Assembly: GCA_046582735.1 (NCBI GenBank)
Contig: JAYGDV010000040.1
Location: 1 to 40,360 of the forward strand
Source of the DNA: Planctomycetota bacterium
GTDB lineage: Bacteria; Planctomycetota; UBA8108
DNA: 40,360 nucleotides
Direction: 5' to 3'
Shown: positions 1-8,538 of the stretch, piece by piece
How positions within the stretch are numbered: position 1 is the first letter of the stretch
How the letters are laid out: each line of letters starts with the position of its first letter
Translations under genes and position numbers: made by a program
The notes under the pieces: model-generated
What the model saw: only the letters and a program-made list of their open reading frames with translations
Told to the model about the DNA's origin: nothing
Databases searched by the model: none

Positions 1-1
1 C

Positions 2-1957
2 TCGCTCATCGAGCGCCTCGAGCGCAACAACAGCCTTGGGTACTATACTTTCGGCTCAAAGACCCGGGAGGTCAGCCCCTTCACCAGTGAATCGGTACCG
101 GAGCCGGCCCAGAACGAAACCAGGCTGGGTAATGCCCTTGAGGATGTTGTCGCGGATCTCGACCGCGGGGTTCCCCTTGCGGGGATCGTCGTTCTCTCCG
201 ATGGACGAAACAACTCCGGTACCCCGCCGCTGAAAGCCCTCGATACGATCTCCCTCGGCCGCAGGGTTCCCGTCTACACTGTCGGGGTGGGGGTGGACAA
301 GCTGCCGAAGAACTTCATCGTAGAGGAGCTGAACCTGCCCTCGCTTGTGGAGGTTGGTTATCCCGTCGAGATTGATGCGAAGGTCGTTCTCTCCGGCATC
401 CAGCGCGAGGTCAAGGTCCAGCTCTACCGCAGCAGGGAGGATGGGCGGGACCGCAAGAGAATCGACGTCCGCAAGCTTACTCCGAAAAACAAGCTGCTCG
501 AAGAACGCCTGCGGTTTACCGACATTCCGGCCGAGAAGGGGAAGTACCGCTATACCCTCAGCATCGAGCGGGATGCGACAGAGACAGAGTGGCGTGACAA
601 CCAGCAGATCGCGGAGGTGACGGCCGCCAGCGAGCTGCGCCGGGTGCTGCTCATGGCCGGCCATGCCACCAATGAATACCGCTTCCTGAGGAACCTGGCA
701 ATCCGTGATGATGGGATCCAGGTTTCCTGCTGGCTCAGCAGCGCGGACACCGAGTATCCCCAGGATGGTGATATTCTCATCAGCGAGTTGCCGCAGACGA
801 GTGAAGCCCTGCGCGAATACGATGTCGTGCTGCTGCTGGATCCCCAGCCGTCGACGGTGACCGCGGAATTCCAGGAGGCGCTGGTGGATTTCGTTACCGA
901 GCAGGGAGGCGGCCTCGCCTTCGTTGCCGGTGAGATCAATACCCATACCCTGGCCGGCGATGCCCGCTTCCGGAAGCTGCGGTCCCTGCTGCCGGTCGAT
1001 CTTGCATCGGGCCGGTCGCCCCTGGCCGGCAGGATCTTCGATAAGCCCTGGCTGCCTGCGCTTACCGCCAGGGGGCGGGATTACCCGCTCTGCCGGCTGC
1101 GGGATGAGCCGGTGGAAAACCTGGAGATCTGGCAGCATCTTCCGCCGTTTTATTTCTGGTACAAGGCCAGCAAGCTCCGCCCGGGCGGAGTTCCGCTGCT
1201 GCAGAAGGATGCTGACATCGTCGCCGCGACGCACCGCCTCGGATTCGCCGAGGTTTTCTACCTCGGCACCGATGATTTCTGGCGCTGGCGCTCAGCTGAT
1301 GTCGGGCTCCACGAGAGGTTCTGGGCAGCGATCATCCGCCAGCTTTCGCTTGGAAAACAGCAGGCGGGAACGCGGCGGGCGACGATCGAAACAGATCGCG
1401 ACCGCTACAGCAAGGAGGAGGACGTACGGATCAATGTCCGCCTGGTCGATTCCCGCCGGCGTCCGGTGGAGAACCCATCGGTCGAGGTCTTTATCGAGGC
1501 AGGGAAAAAACCCGCCGGGCAGGAGGAAGCGGAGAAACCGGCTGAGGTTGCGGAGCGGGACAAGGGCAAGAGCCGCAGGCGACTGACTCTCTCGCCGGTT
1601 CCCGGGTCAACCGGAAGCTACAGCGGAATTTTCAGGACCTCGCAGGCCGGTCAGTACCAGGTGAGCCTGGGTGATGAGGCGAAGAGCTTCTTCGAGGTTG
1701 TCGATATTTACTCTGAGCGCGATGATCTCTCCCCCGATTTTAAGACGCTTGCCCAGGTCTCGGAATTGAGTAAGGGCCGGTTTTTCAATATCTCACCGGA
1801 GCTCGAGGCGCTGCCCGAGCTCATTGAGAAGGTGGAAAGAAAAGTGGTGACTGCACGCCGCGCTTCGGAGGTCTGGGATTCGGCGATGATGATGTTCCTG
1901 TTTACGGGCCTGCTGGTGTTAGAGTGGATTCTCAGAAAGCTCTGGAGGCTCAATTGA
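2..1957 (+). CDS. VWA domain-containing, C-terminally membrane-anchored protein (BatA/BatB-like); 5' end lies outside the window
   Basis: The frame of ORF 287..1957 stays open back to base 2. The upstream part reads ...ETRLGNALEDVVADL...GIVVLSDGRNNSG...VYTVGVG, the C-terminal half of a von Willebrand A/MIDAS fold. It is followed by a Rossmann-like module (LLMAGHATNEYRFLRN...YDVVLLLDP) and a single C-terminal TM helix (MMMFLFTGLLVLEWIL). GTG 287 is only the first start-like codon inside the window. Confidence 0.8.
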   Translation, partial: SLIERLERNNSLGYYTFGSKTREVSPFTSESVPEPAQNETRLGNALEDVVADLDRGVPLAGIVVLSDGRNNSGTPPLKALDTISLGRRVPVYTVGVGVDKLPKNFIVEELNLPSLVEVGYPVEIDAKVVLSGIQREVKVQLYRSREDGRDRKRIDVRKLTPKNKLLEERLRFTDIPAEKGKYRYTLSIERDATETEWRDNQQIAEVTAASELRRVLLMAGHATNEYRFLRNLAIRDDGIQVSCWLSSADTEYPQDGDILISELPQTSEALREYDVVLLLDPQPSTVTAEFQEALVDFVTEQGGGLAFVAGEINTHTLAGDARFRKLRSLLPVDLASGRSPLAGRIFDKPWLPALTARGRDYPLCRLRDEPVENLEIWQHLPPFYFWYKASKLRPGGVPLLQKDADIVAATHRLGFAEVFYLGTDDFWRWRSADVGLHERFWAAIIRQLSLGKQQAGTRRATIETDRDRYSKEEDVRINVRLVDSRRRPVENPSVEVFIEAGKKPAGQEEAEKPAEVAERDKGKSRRRLTLSPVPGSTGSYSGIFRTSQAGQYQVSLGDEAKSFFEVVDIYSERDDLSPDFKTLAQVSELSKGRFFNISPELEALPELIEKVERKVVTARRASEVWDSAMMMFLFTGLLVLEWILRKLWRLN

Positions 1958-2032
1958 TGGTCCGGACATTGAGCAGTTTTAATCAACGCTGTACCGGGTT
2001 CGCACCGGGTTCATTGGAAAGCGGAGGGCGCG

Positions 2033-5000
2033 ATGAAGCATAGGGGCTCTGCGGCAGATCCCGGTCCTGCTCTGAACGAGCTTTTCGCCCGCCTTGAGCG
2101 CAGGTATTACCACCTGCTGGCCTGGCATGGGATTGCGTCCATATTTCTCATGCTGGCAGCCACCGCAGCCATCTCCTTTATTCTCGATTCTGTTTTCGAG
2201 CTCGATAAGTGGTTGCGCGTGGTGGTGATCATCGTTGCCGTGCTGCTCTGGATCCGGGTTCTTCTGCAGGGCCGTGGACGGCTGCGCTCCGCCCTGTCCA
2301 AGGAAGATCTGCTCGCCGCCGTGGAGAACAGCTCGGAGGATCTCGAGGGTGAGCTGGCGAATATTGTCGAGATGCGCAGGGAACTCGCTGATAGAGGGAA
2401 AGGAACTGAGCAGCGAACGGGCCTCGAGAAGGAGCTCTTTGACAGGGCCCTTCGGGAATCACAACAGGCGGTCAGCGCCCTGGAGGTCGGATCTGTACTG
2501 GATGCAGGCTCGGTACGCAGAAACCAGCTTGCCGCTGTGGCGGCGGTTCTCTTCCTGGTTTTCTGCGGATTTCTTTTCCCGGCTCATGCGGCTCTCTGGG
2601 TCCAGCGCAACATCGCGCTTTCATCGGTTCATTGGCCCAGGGAGACACACTTCTTCCTGGAAAGCTCCGGAAACGTTGATCACCCGCGCAAGAACCGGCT
2701 CGACCTGAAAGCCTGGGTAACGGGCGCTCCGCGCGGGGGTGATGTCTTTATCGTGATCAACTCCGAATCAGGCCCTCGCAAGAGCCGGCTTGTACTGGAA
2801 ATTCCAGAGGAGCCCGCGGGGAAGCTGGCCTCGGAGGTGGCGGAGGGTGGTCCCGATGGGGGAGAACCATTCAAGGCGGCCAGGCTCAACTACACGTTCC
2901 CCAATGTCCTCGAATCGTTTGAATTTTATTTTGAGGGAGGGGACAACCGGAGCACGAAGACCCAGGTCACAGTTCATGACAAACCCAGGATTGTTTCCTC
3001 CCGTCTCAGGGTTCGAGCGCCTGAACACACCGGCCGCGGTGAGCAGGAGGTTCCCAATCCCACCGGGGAGGTCGAGGTTGTCGCCGGCTCGAAGGTCATC
3101 TTCGAGGGGATCTGCGACAGGGAGATCAGGAAAGCCTGGGGGCGTTTCGGCGAAGATGAGCGGAGCGATGCAGACCTCAACGGCAAGGAGGGGTTCAGCT
3201 ATTCTTTCGCGGTAGAGTCCAGTGCGTTCCTGGAGGTTGGCGTGGAGGGTGCCCAGTGGGGTTTTGACAGTGAGCAACTCCGCCTGGCGATGGTTGCGGT
3301 GCCGGATGCCCAGCCCGAGATCGAACTGAAGATCGCCGGGGAGGCCCGCGAGGTGACGCCGGAGGGCCGGATCGAGTACACCCTTCGTGCCAGTGATGAT
3401 TTCGGGTTTTCCCAGCTGCAGCTTCTTATCGATGGGCTCCAGGATGTTGATCTCGAGGATGGAAAGCCGAAACCCGCAGAGCTTCCACCATGGGAGGTTG
3501 TGCGGACAGGGGAAAGCATGGTGGTTGAGATTGCGGGCTCGATTGAGCTGGCAACCCTGGCCCTGGAGCCGGGCATGAATATCAGCTTTCGCGGCCTGGT
3601 TCGGGATAACGATGCTCCGGGTGGTTACAAGGAGAGCTCTTCAGAGGAGATCACCTTCGCGGTCGTTTCAGCCCGGAAGCTGAAGGAGAATCTCGACAAG
3701 GTGAGGGTCAAGGCGCAGGAGCGTCTCGAGGAGCTCACATTTCGTGAGAGCGCCCTGGGCAAAGAGCTTCTGCGCCTGCAGGAGGAGCTCTCTCAAACGC
3801 CCCCGGTTTCGGCCGGTGAGGAGGGCCGTCCGGGAGAGATTGCTGCCGGGGCACAACGTGAGGAGGGCTCACGGGGACAGGAGGAGAATTCGGAGCAGAA
3901 CCCGGTCGAGCTTGCACTGGCTGAACCTTCCGAGGCGGGCAATCCGGCACAGGGGGGCAGGGACCCTGGTGGAAGGCAGGGGCGCGCTACAGAGGGAGGA
4001 AGGCAGGCCTCCGCCCGCCAGGGACAGAATACCGAGGACCAGCCCGGAGAGAATGCTTCAGAAGAGCCGGGTGAGGGAGAAGAACCCGGAGAAAGAGAGC
4101 CGCGTGAAGGCGAAGAGTCCGGGGAAAATGAAGAAAATGGCGAGAGTGAGCCCGGCAGGGGGCAGCAGCAGGCTGGTTCCAGGCAGGGTAGCCGGGGTGG
4201 GCGGCCGGGGCAGTCCGGCGAATCCAGGGAAGGCCGGCAGGGCCAATCTGGTGAGGAAGGGGAAAACCCGCCCGAAGATGGAGAAGAGGGTGGGAATGAA
4301 CCCGGTGAGCGCTCCGGTGAGGAAGAAGAAAACGGCGAAGAGACGGGCCGCGAGGAAGGTGAGCAGCCGCGGACAGAACAGGGCGAAAGTGAAACTCCCG
4401 AGGGCCAGAGAAATTCCGCCGGCACTGGCAGGCGTTCGCAGCAGGACCAGCAGGGCCAACAGCAACAGAGCCAGCAAGGTCGCCAGCAGCAGCAGGGTCA
4501 GCAAGGTCGTCAGCAGCAAGGCCAGCAGGGCCAACAGCAGCAGGGCCAGCAAGGTCGTCAGCAGCAGGGTCAGCAAGGCCAGCAGCAGCAAGGCCAGCAG
4601 CAGCAGGGTCAGCAAGGCCAGCAGCCGCGGCCGGAGAATGATTTTGACCGCCTTTCGCGTGAACAGGAAGGAATCGCTAATGAAGCTCGTGACCTGGCAC
4701 GCAGCCTGAGGGAGATGGCCGATGATCTCGAGCGCAATCAGCTCATGGAGCGCAGCGAGAGCGAGCGTTTTGAAGAGGAGGTGGCCCGGCCTCTCGAAGA
4801 GCTCGGTGATGACCGCCTGCCGCGCAGTGCTGAGGACATCGAGGCGATTCCCCGTTCAGGGAATCCGCAGGATGAGGCGACACGGGCTGAAGCCGAGGCC
4901 CGGAAAATATCCAGGAACCTGCGTGATGTGTCTCGAAATCTTGCCGGTAGTGGTGATTTCAGGGAGATCCTGCAGAGGCTTGAATCGATCGTTGAGCTCC

Positions 5001-5089
5001 AGGGCAAGGTTATCAGTGAAACCAGGGATGCGGCTGGACCAGAAGACAGCGCACCTCAAAAAGGCTCCGACGGTAAAAAAGACAAATAG
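2033..5089 (+). CDS. Large 3-TM envelope protein, DUF4175-like, with a very long E/G/R/Q low-complexity region and a C-terminal coiled coil
   Basis: The ATG is preceded by GGAGGG. There are three hydrophobic helices near the N-terminus (IASIFLMLAATAAISFIL, VVVIIVAVLLWIRVLL, LAAVAAVLFLVFCGFLF). The beta-rich middle contains RASDDFGFSQL. About 280 aa of low complexity ends in (QQG/QQQQG)n, followed by a helical tail. The family name is from memory of proteins adjacent to VWA/Bat genes and was not searched. Confidence 0.75.
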   Translation: MKHRGSAADPGPALNELFARLERRYYHLLAWHGIASIFLMLAATAAISFILDSVFELDKWLRVVVIIVAVLLWIRVLLQGRGRLRSALSKEDLLAAVENSSEDLEGELANIVEMRRELADRGKGTEQRTGLEKELFDRALRESQQAVSALEVGSVLDAGSVRRNQLAAVAAVLFLVFCGFLFPAHAALWVQRNIALSSVHWPRETHFFLESSGNVDHPRKNRLDLKAWVTGAPRGGDVFIVINSESGPRKSRLVLEIPEEPAGKLASEVAEGGPDGGEPFKAARLNYTFPNVLESFEFYFEGGDNRSTKTQVTVHDKPRIVSSRLRVRAPEHTGRGEQEVPNPTGEVEVVAGSKVIFEGICDREIRKAWGRFGEDERSDADLNGKEGFSYSFAVESSAFLEVGVEGAQWGFDSEQLRLAMVAVPDAQPEIELKIAGEAREVTPEGRIEYTLRASDDFGFSQLQLLIDGLQDVDLEDGKPKPAELPPWEVVRTGESMVVEIAGSIELATLALEPGMNISFRGLVRDNDAPGGYKESSSEEITFAVVSARKLKENLDKVRVKAQERLEELTFRESALGKELLRLQEELSQTPPVSAGEEGRPGEIAAGAQREEGSRGQEENSEQNPVELALAEPSEAGNPAQGGRDPGGRQGRATEGGRQASARQGQNTEDQPGENASEEPGEGEEPGEREPREGEESGENEENGESEPGRGQQQAGSRQGSRGGRPGQSGESREGRQGQSGEEGENPPEDGEEGGNEPGERSGEEEENGEETGREEGEQPRTEQGESETPEGQRNSAGTGRRSQQDQQGQQQQSQQGRQQQQGQQGRQQQGQQGQQQQGQQGRQQQGQQGQQQQGQQQQGQQGQQPRPENDFDRLSREQEGIANEARDLARSLREMADDLERNQLMERSESERFEEEVARPLEELGDDRLPRSAEDIEAIPRSGNPQDEATRAEAEARKISRNLRDVSRNLAGSGDFREILQRLESIVELQGKVISETRDAAGPEDSAPQKGSDGKKDK
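4437..4625 (+). repeat. In-frame Gln/Gly-rich coding repeat (QQG / QQQQG units, mixed CAG/CAA and GGC/GGT codons)
   Basis: Direct reading gives QQDQQGQQQQSQQGRQQQQGQQGRQQQGQQGQQQQGQQGRQQQGQQGQQQQGQQQQGQQGQQ. The DNA is imperfect 9- and 15-nt periodic CAG/CAA/GGY. Confidence 0.9.
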
Positions 5090-5147
5090 TCACTCATAGT
5101 TATCTAGTTATTAATTCCAGTTACTATCCCTTAATCTGTTTGGGAGA

Positions 5148-5174
5148 GGCCCGGCAGTTTCTGCGGTCCTTTTT
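5148..5174 (+). terminator. Intrinsic-terminator-like hairpin plus T5 between the DUF4175-like gene and the next gene
   Basis: GGCCCGGCAG-TTT-CTGCGGTCC forms about 8 bp with one mismatch and one bulge and a minimal 3-nt loop. It is immediately followed by TTTTT (5170..5174), 15 nt before ATG 5189. Confidence 0.4.
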
Positions 5175-5188
5175 CCAGGAATCCTCAT

Positions 5189-7216
5189 ATGGCAAACCAG
5201 CTCATTTTTATTACGCTGCTGAGCTTCTCGGGTGTCCAGGACTCGGCGAAGACGGCTCCTGAAGATCCGGTCGGTATTGACCAGGAGCAGAAGGATCTTG
5301 CCGGCGAGGTGGAACGCCGTTTTCTGCGGTTGATCTCGTTGATGGGAAAACTTCTCGCCAAGGAGGAAGAACTCCAGGAGTCGGGGCGCCTGCAGCAGGC
5401 TCTTGTCCGTAGCCGCGAGTTGAAGATTGTTCCCCGGCTCGAGCACATCCGGGACCTGCTGAAGAAGAAAGCCCTCGAGGATGCGCTTGAGGAAGAAATT
5501 TTTGCGGAAAAAGATCTTCAGAGGATCCTGCTTATTCTCCAGGGGGAGGATGAGGCCCAGAAGCTCAGGGAAGAGACCGATGCAATTCGTGAAATCACCG
5601 AGCAGCTCGAGCGCCTGCAGCGTATTACAGGGGACCAGGAAGAGAATATTGAAGACACCCAGGAAGAGCTGGGTGGCCGCGAGGGTGAGCGTGGCAATAA
5701 TGCTGCCGGTGAGCGAGGGGAAGAGGAAAACGATCGTCTTGCCCGTCGCGAGCAGGACCTCCAGCGTAAAACCCGCCGGCTTGCCGATGAACTCGAACGA
5801 GAAGCTGACCGCAACCAGCAGGGCCAACAGCAGCAAGGCCAGCAAGGTCAGCAGCAACAAGGTCAGCAACAGCAGGGCCAGCAGCAACAAGGTCAGCAGC
5901 AACAGGGCCAGCAGCAGCAAGGTCAGCAGCAACAGGGCCAGCAGCAGCAAGGTCAGCAGCAACAACGTCAGCAACAGCAGGGCCAGCAGCAGCAAGGTCA
6001 GCAGCAGCAGGGCCAGCAGCAACAACGTCGCCAGCAGCAGAGCAGATCCCAGCAGCGTCAGCAGGAAACCCTGGAAGCCCTGCGGCGGGCCGAACGCAAC
6101 ATGCAGGATGCAGTCCAACGTCTGGATGCGGAAAACCTGGAGGGAGCCCTCGAGGACCAGGAGGATGCTCTTGCAGAGCTCAACCGGACTGAAGACCAGC
6201 TTCGCCAGGAGCGGGAGCGGCTGGAGCAGGAGCGCCGCGAAAAAGTGACCAGCGTCGTGCTGGCCCGACTCTACACCATGCTGGCTGACCAGCAATTGAT
6301 CGGCAAAGAAACTTCGGAGCTGGAAAAACAGCGCAAACTTCTTCCTGCCGACGGGAAACGCTCTGTCTTCGGTGTTGCTGAAGCCTTTGATTTTGCCGGT
6401 CGTTCGCTCGCCAGGCGCGAGCGCTCCCTTGCGACTGATGCAGAGGACATCCTGCGGGTTCTTACAGAAGATGCCTCATCGGTGGTGGCTCCGGAAATTC
6501 TCCGGAGAATTATTGCCGACCTGGAGAATGTCTCCGGGCGCATGGATGAATCCGATACCGGCCCCCTCGTCCAGGCGCTTCAGCAGGATGTCGAGACCTC
6601 TCTGAAGGAATTGATCGAAGCCCTGCAGCCGGCGAGAAACCGTAACAGGATGGAACGAAACCGGCAGAGGTCGGGCGGTGCCGAAGAAAAGCGGCAGCAG
6701 GGCCAGCAGCAGCAGCAGGGCGAAGGCGAAGAGGGAGAGCAGGACCAGGATCAAAAGGACCTGATCACTCCCGTTATGGAGTTGCGCATGCTCATCAGTG
6801 CCCAACGGCGCGTGCGGGCCCGTACGGCGAGGTGGAACGAGCTTGGAGTACTTCCCGGCGGTAAAAAGCCCGGGTCGGCTGAATCCACCAGGGACCGGGA
6901 GCTGCGTACCGACCAGGCAAAACGGCTCTCGGAGGCCCAGGAGGCCCTGGGCGGACTTACCGATGAGTTGATCAGCAAATACCCGATCATCGACCAGTTT
7001 CTTCTCGGTATGGATCTCAACCAGCTGCAGGGAATCGTTGAGGGCCTGCGCCCTGGAGGAGATGAAGCATCGGAAGGCTCTGAGGACAAAGAGGGTGAGA
7101 GAGGTGGATCACGTCTGCGCCGCCTTCTTCCACGTAAACGGGATCGTGGAACAGAATCTCCTGGCGACACTGAAAGTGTCGAAAAAGAGGCAAAAGGACA
7201 GGATGGAGATGAGTAA
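5189..7216 (+). CDS. Secreted coiled-coil protein with a (QQQQG)n tract; Bat/DUF4175-cluster associated
   Basis: AGGAA lies 8 nt upstream of the ATG. There is a signal-like N-terminus (MANQLIFITLLSFSGVQDSA) and long E/L/R/Q heptad-like helices. A tract of about 13 QQQQG units and a second short QQGQQQQQGEGEEGE patch are present. The stop TAA at 7214..7216 overlaps the start region of the next gene. Confidence 0.7.
   Translation: MANQLIFITLLSFSGVQDSAKTAPEDPVGIDQEQKDLAGEVERRFLRLISLMGKLLAKEEELQESGRLQQALVRSRELKIVPRLEHIRDLLKKKALEDALEEEIFAEKDLQRILLILQGEDEAQKLREETDAIREITEQLERLQRITGDQEENIEDTQEELGGREGERGNNAAGERGEEENDRLARREQDLQRKTRRLADELEREADRNQQGQQQQGQQGQQQQGQQQQGQQQQGQQQQGQQQQGQQQQGQQQQGQQQQRQQQQGQQQQGQQQQGQQQQRRQQQSRSQQRQQETLEALRRAERNMQDAVQRLDAENLEGALEDQEDALAELNRTEDQLRQERERLEQERREKVTSVVLARLYTMLADQQLIGKETSELEKQRKLLPADGKRSVFGVAEAFDFAGRSLARRERSLATDAEDILRVLTEDASSVVAPEILRRIIADLENVSGRMDESDTGPLVQALQQDVETSLKELIEALQPARNRNRMERNRQRSGGAEEKRQQGQQQQQGEGEEGEQDQDQKDLITPVMELRMLISAQRRVRARTARWNELGVLPGGKKPGSAESTRDRELRTDQAKRLSEAQEALGGLTDELISKYPIIDQFLLGMDLNQLQGIVEGLRPGGDEASEGSEDKEGERGGSRLRRLLPRKRDRGTESPGDTESVEKEAKGQDGDE
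5816..6066 (+). repeat. In-frame 15-nt periodic (QQQQG)n coding repeat, about 13 units
   Basis: Reads QQGQQQQGQQGQQQQGQQQQG...QQQQRQQQQGQQQQGQQQQGQQQQRRQQQSRSQQRQQ. Units are CAG/CAA x4 plus GGC/GGT, with occasional CGT (R). Confidence 0.9.
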
Positions 7217-8519
7217 GATGGCTCAAAGATATCCCGGGATGCTGTTTTTGAGCGTTTTCCTGCCAGCAGTTTTGGTGGTTGAAGGTGGGGAGGTTTCCGC
7301 CCAGGGAGTCGCCGGGATCAAGGACCTGCAGGAGTTTCTCGTTGCGGGTGATTTCTGGACCCCGGCGGGGGTATGGAGGAAATTCGTCGAGCACCAGATC
7401 CGGGAAGGCCGGGAGGAGCTGATCTTCGAAAACCTTGATGATTCGCTCAAGGACCTCGAAGATGACAGGCTCGGAGGCCTGGCGGCAGGACTCCTCGGTC
7501 CGGAAGCTTTCCCCATGCCGGATCTTGCCAGGGGTGATCCAATCCTGGGAATTCTCTTCCGCCAGTCAGGCGAGCTCATCAACCTTCATGCCCTTTTCGA
7601 TGAGACCGGACAGGAGGGTGGCGCAAGGGATGAGAAGATAGCCTCGCTGATCGAGAAGTTGCGCTCAGGCGGAGACCCATTCCTGGGATCGTATGCTGAT
7701 TTTTATGCCGCCCGCCATGCGATGGAAAAAGACGACACCACGACCGCAGTGGAGATCATGGAGCGCCTGGTCAAGTCCGAGTATTTTCTGCCCCGGTACA
7801 AGGTTCGCAGGTTCCTGGCGAGTCTCTACAGAAGCAGGGGCGAGGTAACCCTGGCTATCCTGGAACTGCAGTTTTACCTGAAGGATCTTTCCGACGATCA
7901 TTCCACCGAGCGAAAGTGGGCGGAAGACCAGCTCGCGGAAATCCGCAAGGATCACGATGGGCCTCTGCATGATGTCGCCGGCCGCACCCGTGATATTTCA
8001 GAGACGATGTCTGAACCGAAACTCGACCAGGGGGTTCAATCGGAGCAGAAGGATGTCGAGGTCATCCTCGAGAAGATTGTTCTGTTGATGGAAGAAGAGA
8101 CACGGCGCCAGATCGAGGAAATGCTCGAGCAGATGCAGCAACAACAACAGCAGCAACAACAGCAACAACAGCGACAGCAGCGACAGCAGCAGCAGCGACA
8201 ACAACAGCAACAACAGCAGCAACAGGCAAATCAACAGCAGGAGGGCAACAGGAATAAGCCGCGGGATGAGACCGCCGGCAAGACCAGGTTGCGCCAGGGA
8301 GATGCGGCCGAGGTGAATCTCCGCAAGTTGACTCCCGATGAGAAAGAAATGTGGGGCAAGATCAATGACCGGGAGGTCAGAAGATCCCTGCAGGAAGTAT
8401 GGGGGCGCATGCCGACGCGCTACCGCAAGCTGGTGTCCCAGTACTACAAGGACATCAACGATCTCTCGCCGCCCTCAAAGAAACCCGCCGCCTCCGGAGC
8501 GAAGAAAGGCCGGAAATAG
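7203..8519 (+). CDS. Secreted TPR-like/helical protein with a poly-Gln tract and a conserved C-terminal WG..P.RYR..V..YY motif
   Basis: The track ORF starts at 7038, but that part overlaps the previous gene. In-frame ATGs at 7203, 7209 and 7218 sit on or next to the upstream stop; GGAG lies 9 nt before 7218. They give the signal peptide (MEMSK)MAQRYPGMLFLSVFLPAVLVVEGGEVSAQG. The C-terminus reads LQEVWGRMPTRYRKLVSQYYKDIN. The exact start (7203 vs 7218) is uncertain. Confidence 0.7.
   Translation: MEMSKMAQRYPGMLFLSVFLPAVLVVEGGEVSAQGVAGIKDLQEFLVAGDFWTPAGVWRKFVEHQIREGREELIFENLDDSLKDLEDDRLGGLAAGLLGPEAFPMPDLARGDPILGILFRQSGELINLHALFDETGQEGGARDEKIASLIEKLRSGGDPFLGSYADFYAARHAMEKDDTTTAVEIMERLVKSEYFLPRYKVRRFLASLYRSRGEVTLAILELQFYLKDLSDDHSTERKWAEDQLAEIRKDHDGPLHDVAGRTRDISETMSEPKLDQGVQSEQKDVEVILEKIVLLMEEETRRQIEEMLEQMQQQQQQQQQQQQRQQRQQQQRQQQQQQQQQANQQQEGNRNKPRDETAGKTRLRQGDAAEVNLRKLTPDEKEMWGKINDREVRRSLQEVWGRMPTRYRKLVSQYYKDINDLSPPSKKPAASGAKKGRK
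8136..8240 (+). repeat. In-frame poly-Gln tract, CAA-rich, interrupted by Arg
   Basis: Reads QQQQQQQQQQQQQRQQRQQQQRQQQQQQQQQANQQQ. It is encoded mostly by CAA with CAG interspersed, which stands out against the surrounding GC-rich coding sequence. Confidence 0.9.
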
Positions 8520-8538
8520 CCTGTTTCCCGGGGGTTTT

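Noticed and set aside
56-1234. 392-aa minus-strand ORF antisense to the VWA gene
   Set aside because: The opposite (+) frame carries clear VWA motifs and continues to a TM anchor. The antisense product is Arg/Pro/Gly/Leu-rich with no motifs, which is typical of GC-rich shadow ORFs.
1990-2012. Tandem ACCGGGTTC-GC-ACCGGGTTC direct repeat upstream of the DUF4175-like gene
   Set aside because: It has only two 9-nt copies in a 75-nt intergenic spacer, with no inverted symmetry and no other copies seen in the window. It cannot be distinguished from chance.
3744-4709. Alternative-frame + ORF (321 aa, Ser/Lys/Arg-rich) and 5481..6248 (+), 3793..4425 (-)
   Set aside because: They lie entirely within low-complexity purine-rich repeats, where every frame is open. 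The annotated frames are the only ones continuous with the folded N- and C-terminal domains.
5816-6066. Periodic 15-nt repeat considered as a CRISPR array or non-coding minisatellite
   Set aside because: The units are contiguous with no unique spacers. They are far shorter than CRISPR repeats, in frame, and flanked on both sides by continuous coding sequence.
5111-6295. 394-aa minus-strand ORF with long LLLALLLL runs; also 4058..4615 (-) and 7998..8234 (-)
   Set aside because: The poly-Leu is simply the reverse complement of the CAG/CAA glutamine repeats (CTG/TTG). There is no credible start context, and they overlap well-supported + strand genes.
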